In this document: piece by piece, positions 1 through 11,281 of the stretch
Layout: the number at the start of each line of letters is the position of its first letter
Numbering within the stretch: position 1 is the stretch's first letter
Assembly: GCA_024704765.1 (NCBI GenBank)
Contig: JAKMXF010000073.1
Coordinates: forward strand, 1 to 28,609
Origin: Oopsacas minuta
Lineage: Eukaryota > Animalia > Porifera
Direction of reading: 5' to 3'
DNA: 28,609 nucleotides
Translations under genes and position numbers: made by a program
The notes under the pieces: model-generated
The model's database searches: none
Told to the model about the DNA's origin: nothing
What the model saw: only the letters and a program-made list of their open reading frames with translations

Positions 1-860
1 TAAGACTGTTTCAGTGCTGGTTAATAGACGAATTTTTAAGAAGAATGAGTAGATATTGTTCTTTAGGAGCATATATTAATTCAGTCATCTCAAATTGCCG
101 CATGCCGTTGACTCTCCTGACATGATACTTCCTGATCTAGGTAAATAATTCGTTAACAGTTATGAATTTTGTTTTGATTGCGATTAGTAGCTAAGTTGTA
201 ACAGTATAATAATTAACTACGGGTAACATACTATTAATATTTCTTGAGAGAAATTCTATCTTTCTCATGCACATGAATATAAGTGTCTGATCAATCGAGG
301 TATAATAATTTGTAATTTGATCATATGATAACTCACAATTGAAGGAATCTGAATCTATTTCTTCATCTTCTGCTTCCTAGCCTTCATAAGAAATCTCCCC
401 TTTATTAAGATACAAACCATTAATTAATTATCTATGATTAAAAACAAATATCGGAAGAAAGTTTTTGCGACATTATTACAATTGATTTACCTATATCAAA
501 CTCGTGATTACCATCTCCTCTCCCAGTATCTTGCAAGATGTAAATGAAATTTCTATCTCTTCCATAAGCACTCAACCATTTTACAAAGGTGTGTTGTCAA
601 TATTTTTAAATACAAAGCCATTGTACTATCAACTTATAAGAGTGAAATACTCTACATACAATATTTATTTGTATATACACAAATGACTATTTACTTGGAA
701 TTTACATGCGCGACAAACAATTATAATAATTAGTTTAGTGGTACTGCCTGTCACGAACTGTAAAATCCAAAATTGTAGTCTTATGAGCTGTAATATAACA
801 AATTATTATGTCATGGATTGTATATTATTAATCTTTTGCCTTAAAAGTGCAGCAAAATCA

Positions 861-905
861 CCAATAATTTGCAATTGAGTATTCCGCGCGCAGGTTACGC
901 CCAAT
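861..905 (+). promoter_or_regulatory. Possible proximal promoter elements (two CCAAT boxes flanking an E2F-like TTCCGCGC)
   Basis: CCAAT at 861 and 901 and TTCCGCGCGC at 882-891, 80-125 bp upstream of the ATG, in otherwise CpG-poor sequence. Motif match only. Confidence 0.3.
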
Positions 906-984
906 GTACCTTTTAATGTATGGCTAAGATCTATTAATTGAACTTATCATTTCTACGATTTCATCTTCTGAACTTTAGCTTTCG

Positions 985-1477
985 ATGACTCATCATATTT
1001 ATCTTGAGAATCAGAAAGTATTATGTTATCATGGAGAGTTTCTCTACGAAGCGAAAGTAGTAAAATATCATAGAGATGTTCAGGAATCTTTATCATCCGA
1101 AACTCAACCAGAAATTCAATATTTAGTTCATTATAATGGTTGGAATAAAACTTGGGATGAATGGGTTCCATCTTCTAGATTGATGCCACTTACTGAAGAT
1201 AATCTTGTTAAACAGAGAACACTGTTCAATAAGTATGAAAAAAAGCAACATGTTGTTGATAAACAAAAAATTAAATTAAAAAAGAAGATTCCATTGACCA
1301 CGATCAATCCAGAAGTTTCTTTCAGCATTGTTAGTAACGACAACTCACAATTACCTGGTTCCAATTCAGTCAATTTGGGGATATCTAATGTTGACTCTCA
1401 TACCTCTTTACACGCTAACTCGAGTTTCATTACTTCAAGAATTTCATCTCCAGAGGTAGAATTATTTCCCTCCGCCT
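985..1477 (+). CDS. MORF4L1: MRG15/MORF4L1/Eaf3 orthologue, exon 1 (chromo-barrel/Tudor-knot domain plus S-rich linker)
   Basis: Translation KVLCYHGEFLYEAKVV...YLVHYNGWNKTWDEWVP matches the MRG15 chromo barrel, with the aromatic-cage H, Y, Y, W, W positions retained. The exon ends at a canonical donor T|GTAAGT (1478), phase 1. The ORF track's read-through to 1533 is intronic. Confidence 0.93.
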
Positions 1478-1564
1478 GTAAGTTACAATCTTGTTTTCAC
1501 TTTTTGAATCCCAAAGACTTCATTAATTTATAGAGAAATTTCACAATTTTTTAAACTTGTACAG

Positions 1565-1615
1565 CAAAACTCCTCAAATCAGGTCATCCTACAGACTGTT
1601 CTACAACGACTTTCA
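1565..1615 (+). CDS. Candidate 51-nt symmetric (phase 1-1) extra exon of MRG15
   Basis: Preceded by TTTTTTAAACTTGTACAG| (making an 87-bp intron, 1478-1564) and followed by |GTGAGA. It is stop-free in frame (SKLLKSGHPTDCSTTTF) and keeps exon 2 in frame. It lies in the unconserved linker, so homology cannot confirm it. Confidence 0.45.
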
Positions 1616-2251
1616 GTGAGAGGTGACCTGATTAAAGGGTGGGGAGACGATAAGTTCCCTAATGGAATTTTGTAAGAGAATTTGAAAAAATGTTGACAAT
1701 AGAGGGATTGACCGCTTGGATGAGATCTACCGTATATGATATTGGATATTTCCGAATCTAGGTAAATTTGATAGAATATTTCCTAATCTAGAAACTGCTT
1801 TAATTATATTTATCTGAAGGATATTCTGCTTCTTACAGAATTGCGTAATCAATCCTATTGATTAAAACCTAATTGTTTAATACGACTTTCAATGAAGACG
1901 TATTACCTATAAATACGTATTTTATAAACGTATTATATGTTCAGTCTACAAGTTTTGTGACGTAATTTCTATTAGACTGATTTCTGCAGTAAATATTTTG
2001 CATCAAAACAGTAGTTCTCGAATTGTTAATGAGAAATCTAGGCTAAATTTTGGATGAAGAATGCCAAATCAAGAAATATTTACCAGTTATTGCTGTCAAC
2101 ATTGATTCACAGAAGGCACTGAACGATCCGAAAGTTTCAATGTTTGCACTTTGTATGGGTATTATTCAACAATAGAGTGGTTACTTGCTTTGGGTGACTC
2201 TGCGATTGAAAAAATAGAAATTGATGCTCTTTGTATCATTATTAGACAATC

Positions 2252-2327
2252 TCCGGTTAATTGGGAACTCCGCTTAATCAGGACAAAAGGGCTGGAACCG
2301 ATGTGCCCCGATAAGCGGAGTTGACTG
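2252..2327. mobile_element. Solo terminal remnant of a pogo/Tigger-type element
   Basis: Ends ...CCCCGATAAGCGGAGTTGACTG|TA, with an internal inverted copy AACTCCGCTTAATCAGGAC. No partner end was found. Confidence 0.55.
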
Positions 2328-3270
2328 TACCCCAATTATAGAAGTTGTACTGTACACTGGTTGTAAGAGCATCTCCGATATGATAACCATTTTCGGGTTC
2401 TCCTATCCTAACTCTATGTAATTCTATACTCTATATACATAGGCGAATACAACCCCGACAACCGCTGAATACTAAGGATTCAGTTGGATAGATTACTTCG
2501 TTTGCTCGTTATTTAAATACGCTCCGATAAAACGTGCAATTAGCAACTATGCTAAAGTCGAGAAATTTTACAGAATGCAACTTTCTGAAACTCAGCCGCT
2601 TTTGTCTTAACATTTCGAAGATTTGATCCCATTCAGACTCGTAGAACAGCCTTCCGCAACCTTTTAAACCATGAGGCCTCTTGTATCCCCATTGTTCTAC
2701 GGCCTCAATAATTTTCCAAAATTCATGAATTTATGACTATTTAGGTGACTTATAAAATCCCAATATTATGTGAAGTCAAAAATCCTAGATCAGACCGACT
2801 ATAATATACAGTAAACTATCGTATGACTTGGTCTTAATACCGTGTACTTTAGCACGGTACGGTACGGAAAATCTCCGCACCTTAAATTCACGCCACGTCT
2901 ACTCACTCACAGTACGACGTACCAGGTTATTCAGAATTTGTTTCTAGCAACCCTTGTTTCATTTCTTTTTGTGCGGAATTTCTTTGTAAGCTGAGTAAAT
3001 CAATTAAATTCAACCGATATGGTCTAGAGGATCACATTATCATAAGGTAGTTTCGTTGTATTCGACTTGGTTCTAACTTGACTTACTATTGACCTATAGT
3101 ATTTGTCTTGACCAATTGACGGTTACTAGTTTACGAACCACGCTAGTATTTGTACAGTGGAAGCCGCTTAATCGGGACTCGGATAATCGGGATATCCGCT
3201 TAAACGGGACAAAAGTTGGGGAACAGATTTTTTACATGGAAAACTCTCGGATAATTGGGACATCGAATCG

Positions 3271-3385
3271 GTTAATCGGGATTTTTTATCCCGATTAACT
3301 GAAAATTTGAAAGTTCCTAATCGGTTCAATTGGGATTTCTTATCCCGATTAACTGATTATATGAAAGTTCATAGTCGGTTAATTG
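3271..3385. repeat. Subterminal ~52-bp direct repeats containing palindromes at the Tigger left end
   Basis: GTTAATCGGGAT-TTTTT-ATCCCGATTAAC (3271-3299) is a perfect 12-bp stem. A degenerate second copy and a partial third copy follow, and the core matches the TIR motif TTAATCGGGA. Confidence 0.85.
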
Positions 3386-3550
3386 GGATTGTATATTTAT
3401 TTATGATCATTGTAATGTGGTTTAGTTTTAAAACTAGGAATTTTAATATTCTACAATCAACAACACCAATTCGATACAATTTACAAAACTAAGATGATAA
3501 CTTTGCTCACCTGCCTCAGGTCGCATTCCCTATTCCACCATGCATAAATT

Positions 3551-3627
3551 ACCTCAATAATCCAGACTCTTGGTTATCCAAACGTTTTGAATGGTCCTAT
3601 GGAGTACGGATAATTGAGGTTACAGTA
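3551..3627. mobile_element. Pogo-type MITE end fragment nested in the Tigger 5' region
   Basis: Inverted pair ACCTCAATAATCCAGACTC / GGAGTACGGATAATTGAGGT followed by TACAGTA, resembling a degenerate ...GAGGTT(CC)ACTG-TA terminus. Confidence 0.45.
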
Positions 3628-3688
3628 ATTGTTTAAACTTTAATTATTTATTTTTCTACCTAATATCGTAACCGTAGCACAACTCTCC

Positions 3689-5057
3689 ATGACAACTTCT
3701 AAATCACGGAATGATCTGGCACTACAGGAGAAAGTTAAATTACTAAAGGCGTTCGAAGTTGGAGGTCGTGTTACTCAGAAAAGCGTAGCAGTCAAGTACG
3801 GTATCTCTACTTCGCATGTATCAAGATTAGTATCATTGAAAGACGAAATATTTGAACAATTTGAAGATAGTGATAATGGAATGCGCAAACGTTAAAGAAA
3901 ATCTAAAGAAGAAGATGTTGGTAATGCTCTATTTTTGTGGCTTAAACAAAAATTAACACAAGGTGCGCGCATTTCAGGAGTAATTTTGGGGACAAAAAGC
4001 AACTGAAATTGCTCTCGCCAATGCTTCTGATTTTATTCCTTCTGATGGGTGACTGGGACGGTGGAAACTTCGTCACGATCTAATCTATAAGCAAGAACAA
4101 GGAGAAAAACCAAGATGCTAGTATTGAAAGGGCAGAAGATTGGAAGAGCACTATTCTTCCTACAATCATGGATGATTTTACATATTTAATGCGGACGAGA
4201 CGGGGTTGTATTTCAGAAGTTTTCCTGATAAGGGATATAGCACCAAAGGTACCGATTTACCTGGAGGAAAGAAGGTTAAAGACAGGATTACAGTAATGCT
4301 TTGTGCTAATATGAGTGGTACGGAGAAGTACCCCCTCCTTGCTATTGGAAAGAGTAAACAACCGCGTTCATTCCCTAAAGATTTATCAAAGCTCCCTATT
4401 CGATACGAAGCAACAAAAAACGCCTGGATGACGGGATTCATCTTCGAGAAGTGGATAAGAAGGTGGGATAGCTCTCTTAGAATGAACAAGAGGAATATAT
4501 GTCTTTTAGTGGACAACTGTTCTGCTCACCCAAAGAGTGTTTCATTGACCAATATATGTCTAAAATTCCTGCCTGCTAACACTACAAGCATAATGCAACC
4601 AATGGATATGGGTGTGATTAAAAACTGGAAAGCCAATTATAAAAGTCGCTTGAATTCAAGAATTATCAATGTAATGGATGGCAATCTCAGTTTGCGTGCC
4701 CTTGGTATAGCTAAATCAATTACTCTTTTAGACGCACTTTACTTATGTAGGATGTCGTGGGATGCTGTAGAAGGTAATACAATAGCAAAATGTTATCAAA
4801 AGGGTGGGTTCGTTAAACGTGATTTCATTCAATCAGAAGGATATGAATTTAATCTTGACGATGATCATATGTTAGATGACGTTTCTCTACCATCCAACAT
4901 GTCATTAGAAGAGTTTGAAAACTTTATTACAATAGATAGTGAAATACCTGTTAGTGGGGATTTATCTGATGTAGAATTGTTGGACATTACAAGAAAGAAG
5001 ATCAGAGTAGAGGATTCTGAGAGTGATGGTGATAACCTTAGGCTCTCTCTAGAATAA
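3689..5057 (+). pseudogene. Tigger/pogo (CENP-B-like) transposase pseudogene
   Basis: psq-type HTH (LALQEKVKLL...KYGISTSHVSRL), Tc5/CENP-B HTH (DVGNALFLWLKQK...ARISG) and DDE_1 domain (IFNADETGL, DRITVMLCAN, LLVDNCSAH, QPMDMGVIKNWK). Broken by TAA at 3893-3895, a frameshift near 3990 and further stops/frameshifts before 4190. Confidence 0.92.
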
Positions 5058-5603
5058 AAGTTACAAATGGTAGATCATTTGAGAATTTTCATTCAGTTGA
5101 ATGGTATGACTAATTTACTACCTATGCTCCAGCAGATAGATACCCAAGTTCATGACGAAGTCATTAACAGTAAAAAACAGGCTACAATGGACTCTTTTTT
5201 CTTTAATATATAGTTTTTAATTTCAAAAATATTTAGCTATTCTTGAGTAATGCAGTTTTTATGGCCTCTTGAAACGGGACTATACCCTTACTACTACAAC
5301 TTATCCCTAATATACCCTAAATAAATCAGAATATAGTAGTAGTAGTGCATTAGAATGTTTCTGATAATGGTCTGGGACCATGAAAACTAGTTTTGAACTT
5401 AAATAAATCATAATCGGTTAATCGGGACAAAACATTGACTCCCGAGGTGTCCCGATTAACCGGCTTCCACTGTTTCAATGGAAACAGATTAGTGGCTAGA
5501 ACATCAACTGGAATCAAATCCTACAAGGAAAATTTTATACAAAATTCATATTCTGTAAAGTGCAAAATACTTAATTGTGTAAAAGTAGTGCCAGATGATA
5601 GTA

Positions 5604-5650
5604 CAGTCGAACACCATTAGTTCGAACTTTCACCAATTCGAACAAACTCA
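5604..5650. mobile_element. Solo left end of a pogo-type MITE
   Basis: TA|CAGTCGAACACCATTAGTTCGAAC followed by repeated TTCGAAC motifs. No matching right end was found. Confidence 0.45.
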
Positions 5651-5920
5651 AATTTCCGTTAAATGTTTTTATAATAAATATTCAGTTCCATAGTCCGAAC
5701 TTCTACAAAATGTAATGTTTTAGTTATTTTTTGATAATATATTTATAATTCCATGTAATTTCCACCCAAGACAATCCGAACATTAATATAACTTTAATTC
5801 TAATAATATTTGCTAAAGAAACTGTAATTATTGTGCTTAGTATGTGTACTGCATCTACATGTTTCAGTTACCAGGTAGAGTCTTTTTATATCGGAAGTTG
5901 CTCCAGTTGTCTATTATATA

Positions 5921-6830
5921 CAGTCAAGGGACAAAAGTATTCGACTACACAAATATATTGTCATAAATTGTATACTCTTTCCCGCTCCTATATATTGTGT
6001 AGTCTATATTCGTCGCTGCAATCTAGTAATTTGCATAGAATAACACATATTTTTCAAGAATTTCAAAAAATATTTTCGATTTACACTTTTTGAAGGTGTT
6101 AATTATTAATAATTATTAGATAATTATTGATAATCAAAATATGTGGTAATTCAAAGCCTATTAAGAACCTATAATTTGACTTGATATTTGAATTCTACGC
6201 AGGTGAGTTACCCCAGATGAAAATTTCCAATAGGATTGAACAATTTTTATCAAAGTTATAGAAGAATTTCAATTTGTGCCATTTGTGCCACTTTTTGCAA
6301 CAAGTGGCACCGGTGGCAGGAAAAAGCGCCACTACAAGGAAATCAACTAGGGTTAGGAGGAATAAGTCATAGTAATATTTTCGAATGATTTGGCTATGCT
6401 AACCCTTGAATTGCAAATAACCTCTTAGTAGCGGCCACTTGTGCCACCTTGGGCAAAAGGTTGCACAAATGGCACAAATTGAAATTCTTCTATAACTTTG
6501 GTAAAAATTGTTCAATCCCATTGAAAACTTAAATCTGGGGTAACTCACCTACGTAGAATTCAAATATCAAGTCAAATTATAGATTCTTAATAGGCTCTGA
6601 ATTACCACATATTTTGATTATCAATAATTATCTAATAATTATTAATAATTAACACCTTCAAAAAGTGTAAATCGAAAATATTTTTTGAAATTCTTGAAAA
6701 ATATGTGTTATTCTATGCAAATTACTAGATTGCAGCGACGAATATAGACTACACAATATATAGGAGCGGGAAAGAGTATACAATTTATGACAATATATTT
6801 GTGTAGTCGAATACTTTTGTCCCTTGACTG
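5921..6830. mobile_element. Non-autonomous Tc1/mariner-type foldback element (910 bp, 390-bp inverted arms)
   Basis: TA|CAGTCAAGGGACAAAAGTATTCGAC...GTCGAATACTTTTGTCCCTTGACTG|TA. Arms are 5921-6310 and 6441-6830. The outer 233 bp are identical and about 15 mismatches lie in the inner ~157 bp. No coding capacity. Confidence 0.93.
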
Positions 6831-7133
6831 TACCTTGATGAGCTCCAAATACGTTCATTTGATATGGTGCAACGCTCCCCCATGCACGATACTATTATAT
6901 ATGACGAGCAAGTCTGATGATACCCAATATTCTGTAAACATATAATTGTATAAATACACATACATATAAAGGTAATATAAATTCTTCAATACTTGTAACT
7001 TCCGTTTTCTAACTCTGCTCGAATCAATAACGATTATATGTAGTGGGTTTAGAAATATTCGAAATTACATTATACAAAATTGCTTTATTTTAATTTATTT
7101 TCATTTTGGTTTGAGTCTGTATGGTTAGAAACT

Positions 7134-7841
7134 AGGGTCCAGGGTGCTGAAATACCAGAATTCTGGATCTTCGAATTAGATTCGGATTAGAGAAATCTTA
7201 ACTATCTACACCTTGTTTGAAATTTATAAGCAATCAGATAAGATTTGACTGAGCCACGTGAGTTTGCATTATCGTCTATCCATGGTCCACAAGGCCACGC
7301 GAAAATTTCAGAATAGCCTCATAGTCCAGGACTGTGGCATTAACATATGTTGAGATATCAATTTGTTCTAAACCGTTGTATGTAGCTTAGATATGTTTAC
7401 ATACTTTGTGAATGGCCGATTTTTGATTCGCACTGCCCAGCCAAGAATTCGGCCCACAATTTTTTCAACACCTCAGAAATACTCCATTCCTGGTTTTGGA
7501 GGTCTTTGATAAATTGTGGGCCGAATTCTGAGCTAACCGATGCAAAATCCAAATTCGTGCATTCAAAAGGCATGTAAACATATATTAGCTGTATATAACA
7601 GTCTAGAACACATTGATATCTCAACATATGTTGATGCCACAATCCTGGACCTTGGGGCCATTTTGAAAATTTTGAGTGTACTTGTTGACCATGGACAAAT
7701 AAAGACGCAAACTCACGTGGCTCAGTCAAATCTTACCTGATTGCTTTAAAATTTTCACACGAGGTGTAGATAGTTATGATCTCTCAAATCCGAGTCTAAC
7801 TCGAAGATCTAGAATTCTGATAATTTCGCACCCTAGACCCT
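7134..7841. mobile_element. Unclassified foldback/MITE-like palindrome (~710 bp, ~330-bp arms, roughly 80% identical by eye)
   Basis: Left AGGGTCCAGGGTGC... and right ...GCACCCTAGACCCT. Shared blocks include AAGATTTGACTGAGCCACGTGAGTTTGC, AACATATGTTGAGATATCAAT and GAATTCGGCCCACAATTT. No convincing TSD. Confidence 0.8.
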
Positions 7842-8348
7842 TGATTAGAACGGATTTACCAAACTATCCTAGTATTTCCGGAGTTCTTTGATGTCATTCA
7901 TATCTCTCACTTTCTATTTTCAGATATTTCTATAAATTCTCAAGCATATAATCGGTAATTGGTGTATCTTGGATCCAGGGGCGTAGATCCCTGGGGGATG
8001 GGGATATATCCCCCACTTATGAGCTTGGGGGATGCTCTATGTAATCATCCCCCCTATATTTTAACTTTTGAGATACGTCTACACATAGCCTACTAAATAT
8101 AAGGCCTAACAGTAAAAGTACCAGGGATGCGTTATTAGCTGATATTGGAGAATTCTCTTATTGTCTTAAAAATCTAATCAAAATGTTTTCTCAAGTGTTA
8201 TTAATAATCCCTCGCTGGTATTAAACTAAGATATTGAAATTCTATTTGAAGTTCATTGAAACTAATGTTATTGGACAAAAACCCAATCAACATAAATAAT
8301 AAATGTAGATACATACAATTACAATAATAATACATACACTTCACAAAA

Positions 8349-10600
8349 TCATGAGAACTTTTTCAGTTTCCGTTTTTCTATACCCCTAGAAGTTACAAGT
8401 GAATTATAGTTCTTAATCTTGTTGGCCAGAAAGCAATTAGTAGTAGTAAAAATAAGTTTACGTAAGATATCCCATCTGGTAACATTACAGATAGGACAGT
8501 ATGATTTCAAGATATGAATATTTGCATCATCTTCCATGTATATGAATGTGAGCTCAACTAATATTTTTCTAGCTGGACCGTGTACAAGTAGCTTCGCGAA
8601 ATGATCATTGTCCTCAATAGCGAATAGAATCCTCCAGAGAGTAATGACAGAGCTAAGAACATGCTCAGATGGATATTTGAGCCCCCCCTCGATCTGTTAA
8701 TTGCAAGAGCTTGAATTGAGAAATGGAATCATTGTCAGGAATATATTCTTTATCATTATTTAGCTGAACAGTGCACATCTACACTCTTGAAGCCCGTTCA
8801 ACAATTTATAGACCGAATATCCTCCGATAAAAGCTAAAGACTGGAGTATCTGCTGAGCTTATTCAATTGATGTCATATCACTAATCCCATCAAGATATGG
8901 CTCAAGATCTATTTGGTCATCACTAGAAGTACTTAAGGGTGAAGTAAAAGATTTGACAAAAGTATGTATGGATTGACAAGATTCTTGTTGGTCAGAAAAC
9001 ATTTTTAAAATGTTAGAGAGCTTAAGACGACGCTTGGATTCAAGAATTTGAATGTAGGAAATATGATAATTCGGACCAGCTATCATACGACATAGTCCAA
9101 ATTGATGTTCTAATAGGTCTGTTTGCAGGAATGCAGACAAAAAAAGAAAATACACATGACTGAGTTAGGTAGTTTGTTACTGTTCTAAAGCAATACAAGC
9201 GTGTCTCAAACTAGTATACGTTTGCTTACTCAATTTACCCGATTTTCCAGGTAAGGACTGCCAAACATCTAGCCAATATACAATACGAACTAAATATATG
9301 AAACGCTCATCGTGTAAGATCAAGGGTGTTGAGAGATTGTCATTTAAACGGATGCCTTTGAAGGGTGTACTAACATTGAATATTTTCCACAGAGTAAGAA
9401 GGATTCTAGCAAACGTAGAGGTAATATTACGATTTTCTTCACAACGTTTTTCATTTTGAATCTCAAGAGCGGATAGTGTTAGATCATTAAAAACCTTCAG
9501 AACCAATCTGACATTCTGTCTTTCTATACTAGAAGGAAAACAAGCTTTCGCTGTTAACTGAGGAGCCAGTTCGCTAAACTTCCTCTTCCAGAGCTGTATA
9601 GAAGGCGTACATCTTGAAAAGATGCTGAATGGAGACAAAGGGGGCACTGGCATTTATCAATCTCAAAATCTTCCAACTAGGGGAAATACATTGTCTTATC
9701 AGAATTCTTCTGATTCAACCAATTATTACATATACTTTTTAAAATATGAACAAAATCGAATGTGAGGAAGAGAAATCTAGTAGGATCAAATGGGTGAGGC
9801 ACCGTAGTTTCCAATTTGCCACTCAGAGAAAATAGCTTGAAAAGATTTACATTCAAAGGATAATTGTCAGTTGAAATTACCTGTACACGTAAACCACAAT
9901 TCTCAATATCAATGATACACTCTTTGATGATGAGAAATATCTTTTCAGCGGAAATAGAACCACATGGTAATAAACGTGAAATGCAAGACCATTTCTTATG
10001 TAAGCTAGATACCATTACCGCAAACACAGTTCTGGTTGGGCCCTCTGGGTCTAAATTAGGAGCAAAGATTTTCCCTCCTTTATACATAATATCAGATTTA
10101 ACGTGTATTTCATCCATTTGAACTATAACATTTCTCTCCAATGAACTGAAGGAAGAAATAGCTTGGGAGAGATAGGTAGAGAAGTCGTTTTCAATGTTAA
10201 CGAAGAATACAATGTATTTAAAGTCTGAACATGCGGTAGAGAAAGACACTCTAAACCCTGGAGATACAGAACATGCTGGAGTCTTAATTGACATGACTTG
10301 AGTAATTATATTGTACGTTCTGGAATAAATATATTGTCTAATTGACAGAGGATAAATTGGAGCTTGGTTATAACTGAGGAAGAAAAGTTTTCGCTATCCT
10401 CTATGCTAGCTAAATCAATAACCTTCTCTATGTGTTGTTTAGCACGAGGATTATGAAATGAATGTGATTTAGATGATGATCATCAGATACTATTTTTGAG
10501 GAAATTTGATATAATAGTGATTCAATTTGTCGGCTATCATTAATTGAATTAAGAGAAGTAGGTATGCTTTGTCCATAGAACCAGGCTGAAACAGATAAAA
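8349..10600 (-). pseudogene. P-element/THAP9-like transposase pseudogene (P1a)
   Basis: Motifs QMDEIHVK, VISTDNY, FDFVHILKSICNNW, ERQNVRLVLKVFN, QTDLLEHQFG, AFIGGYSV and DRGG-LKYP. Stop at 9677, frameshifts near 9570 and 8685. The THAP region is missing at the N gap. Confidence 0.9.
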
Positions 10601-10609
10601 NNNNNNNNN
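10601..10609. other. Assembly gap (9 N)
   Basis: Run of N. Comparison with P1b suggests about 0.7 kb is absent here. Confidence 1.
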
Positions 10610-10900
10610 TTATAATGAATTTAAACAGTATGGTTAATTAATAATCAGAAGTTTTAAAAATAGAAAATGGGTAGTTAATATAATCAGCTAATAACTTATC
10701 CCTGGTACAAGAAAATGAAGTTACTGTCAGGCCTTATATTTAGTAGGCTATGGTCTACATTATTTTTGCTCTCAAATATTTTGAGTTTCAGCAGATTATC
10801 CTCTTGTTATAATCAAATTTCACTGTTCTCGAGTATGTTTTCAAAATATTAATCTGAAAAGTCATTCCCTATCTACTCATTGAAATATATGTTATAAAAT

Positions 10901-11281
10901 CAGGGTTGATAAAAATCATGATTTTTAAAAATATCAAAAAAAATCGGATTTTTTGAATTTAATCGGATTTGTTTTATTTTATCGTATTTTGTATGACAGC
11001 TGACTGAACCATCCAGCTTAATATGGACATTTGTTCATTATGACCACCCCCTCAGGTCCCAATTCTTCGGCTTACATAAGATTTGTATTAAGCCAAGTCA
11101 TTATGAAGGGGTTCACAAGAAGCGATCCTGACTATACAAATGAATAAATTTTCGATAGGTATACATAATAATATCAGAATGGTCATAATCAGCTTGAGAA
11201 AATAATAAAAACATCAAAATATTGAATTTTAATAAGATATTTTGATAAAACTCGGATTTTGATTTAAATCAAACAACCCTG
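10901..11281. mobile_element. Second hAT-type MITE nested in the outer hAT element
   Basis: CAGGGTTG...CAACCCTG termini with AAATC/GATTT subterminal repeats. The flanks GTTATAAAAT and GGTATAAT resemble a degraded 8-bp TSD. Confidence 0.55.

Larger units (their letters stand above)
3155..5472 (+). mobile_element. Full-length Tigger/pogo DNA transposon (2,318 bp)
   Basis: 24-bp TIRs with 1 mismatch: CAGTGGAAGCCGCTTAATCGGGAC (3155-3178) and its inverse at 5449-5472. TA on the left flank and TT on the right (probably a mutated TA TSD). Encloses a pogo transposase. Confidence 0.92.
8084..10752 (-). mobile_element. P-superfamily transposon, lineage P1 copy a
   Basis: 32-bp TIR CATAGCCTACTAAATATAAGGCCT(A/G)ACAGTAA with 1 mismatch, extending to ~65 bp with an indel. 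Perfect 7-bp TSD GTCTACA (8077-8083 and 10753-10759). Encloses a P/THAP9-like transposase. Confidence 0.92.

Noticed and set aside
300-640. Minus-strand stretch with coding-like pieces (KWLSAYGRDRNFIYILQDTGRGDGNHEFDIG; LINGLYLNKGEISYEG*EAEDEEIDSD)
   Set aside because: All frames are interrupted by stops, no consistent exon could be built and no family is recognised. A tBLASTx search would settle it.
953-1373. Antisense ORFs 953-1171 and 1131-1373
   Set aside because: Shadows of MRG15 exon 1 with no recognisable domain.
1456-1564. Alternative donor GAG|GTAGAA at 1456 joined to acceptor 1564
   Set aside because: The resulting frame stops within about 36 codons, and phase 0 does not fit exon 2.
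3271-3385. Palindromic direct repeats superficially like a CRISPR array (also 21989-22131)
   Set aside because: Eukaryotic context, no unique spacers and no cas genes; explained as TE subterminal repeats and a minisatellite.
5833-6858. Two ORFs (5833-6093 + and 6658-6858 -) encoding an identical 57-aa peptide
   Set aside because: They are mirror images produced by the foldback arms, with no protein-like features.
7397-7740. ORFs 7397-7729 (-) and 7540-7740 (+)
   Set aside because: They lie inside the palindrome arms and have no homology signal.
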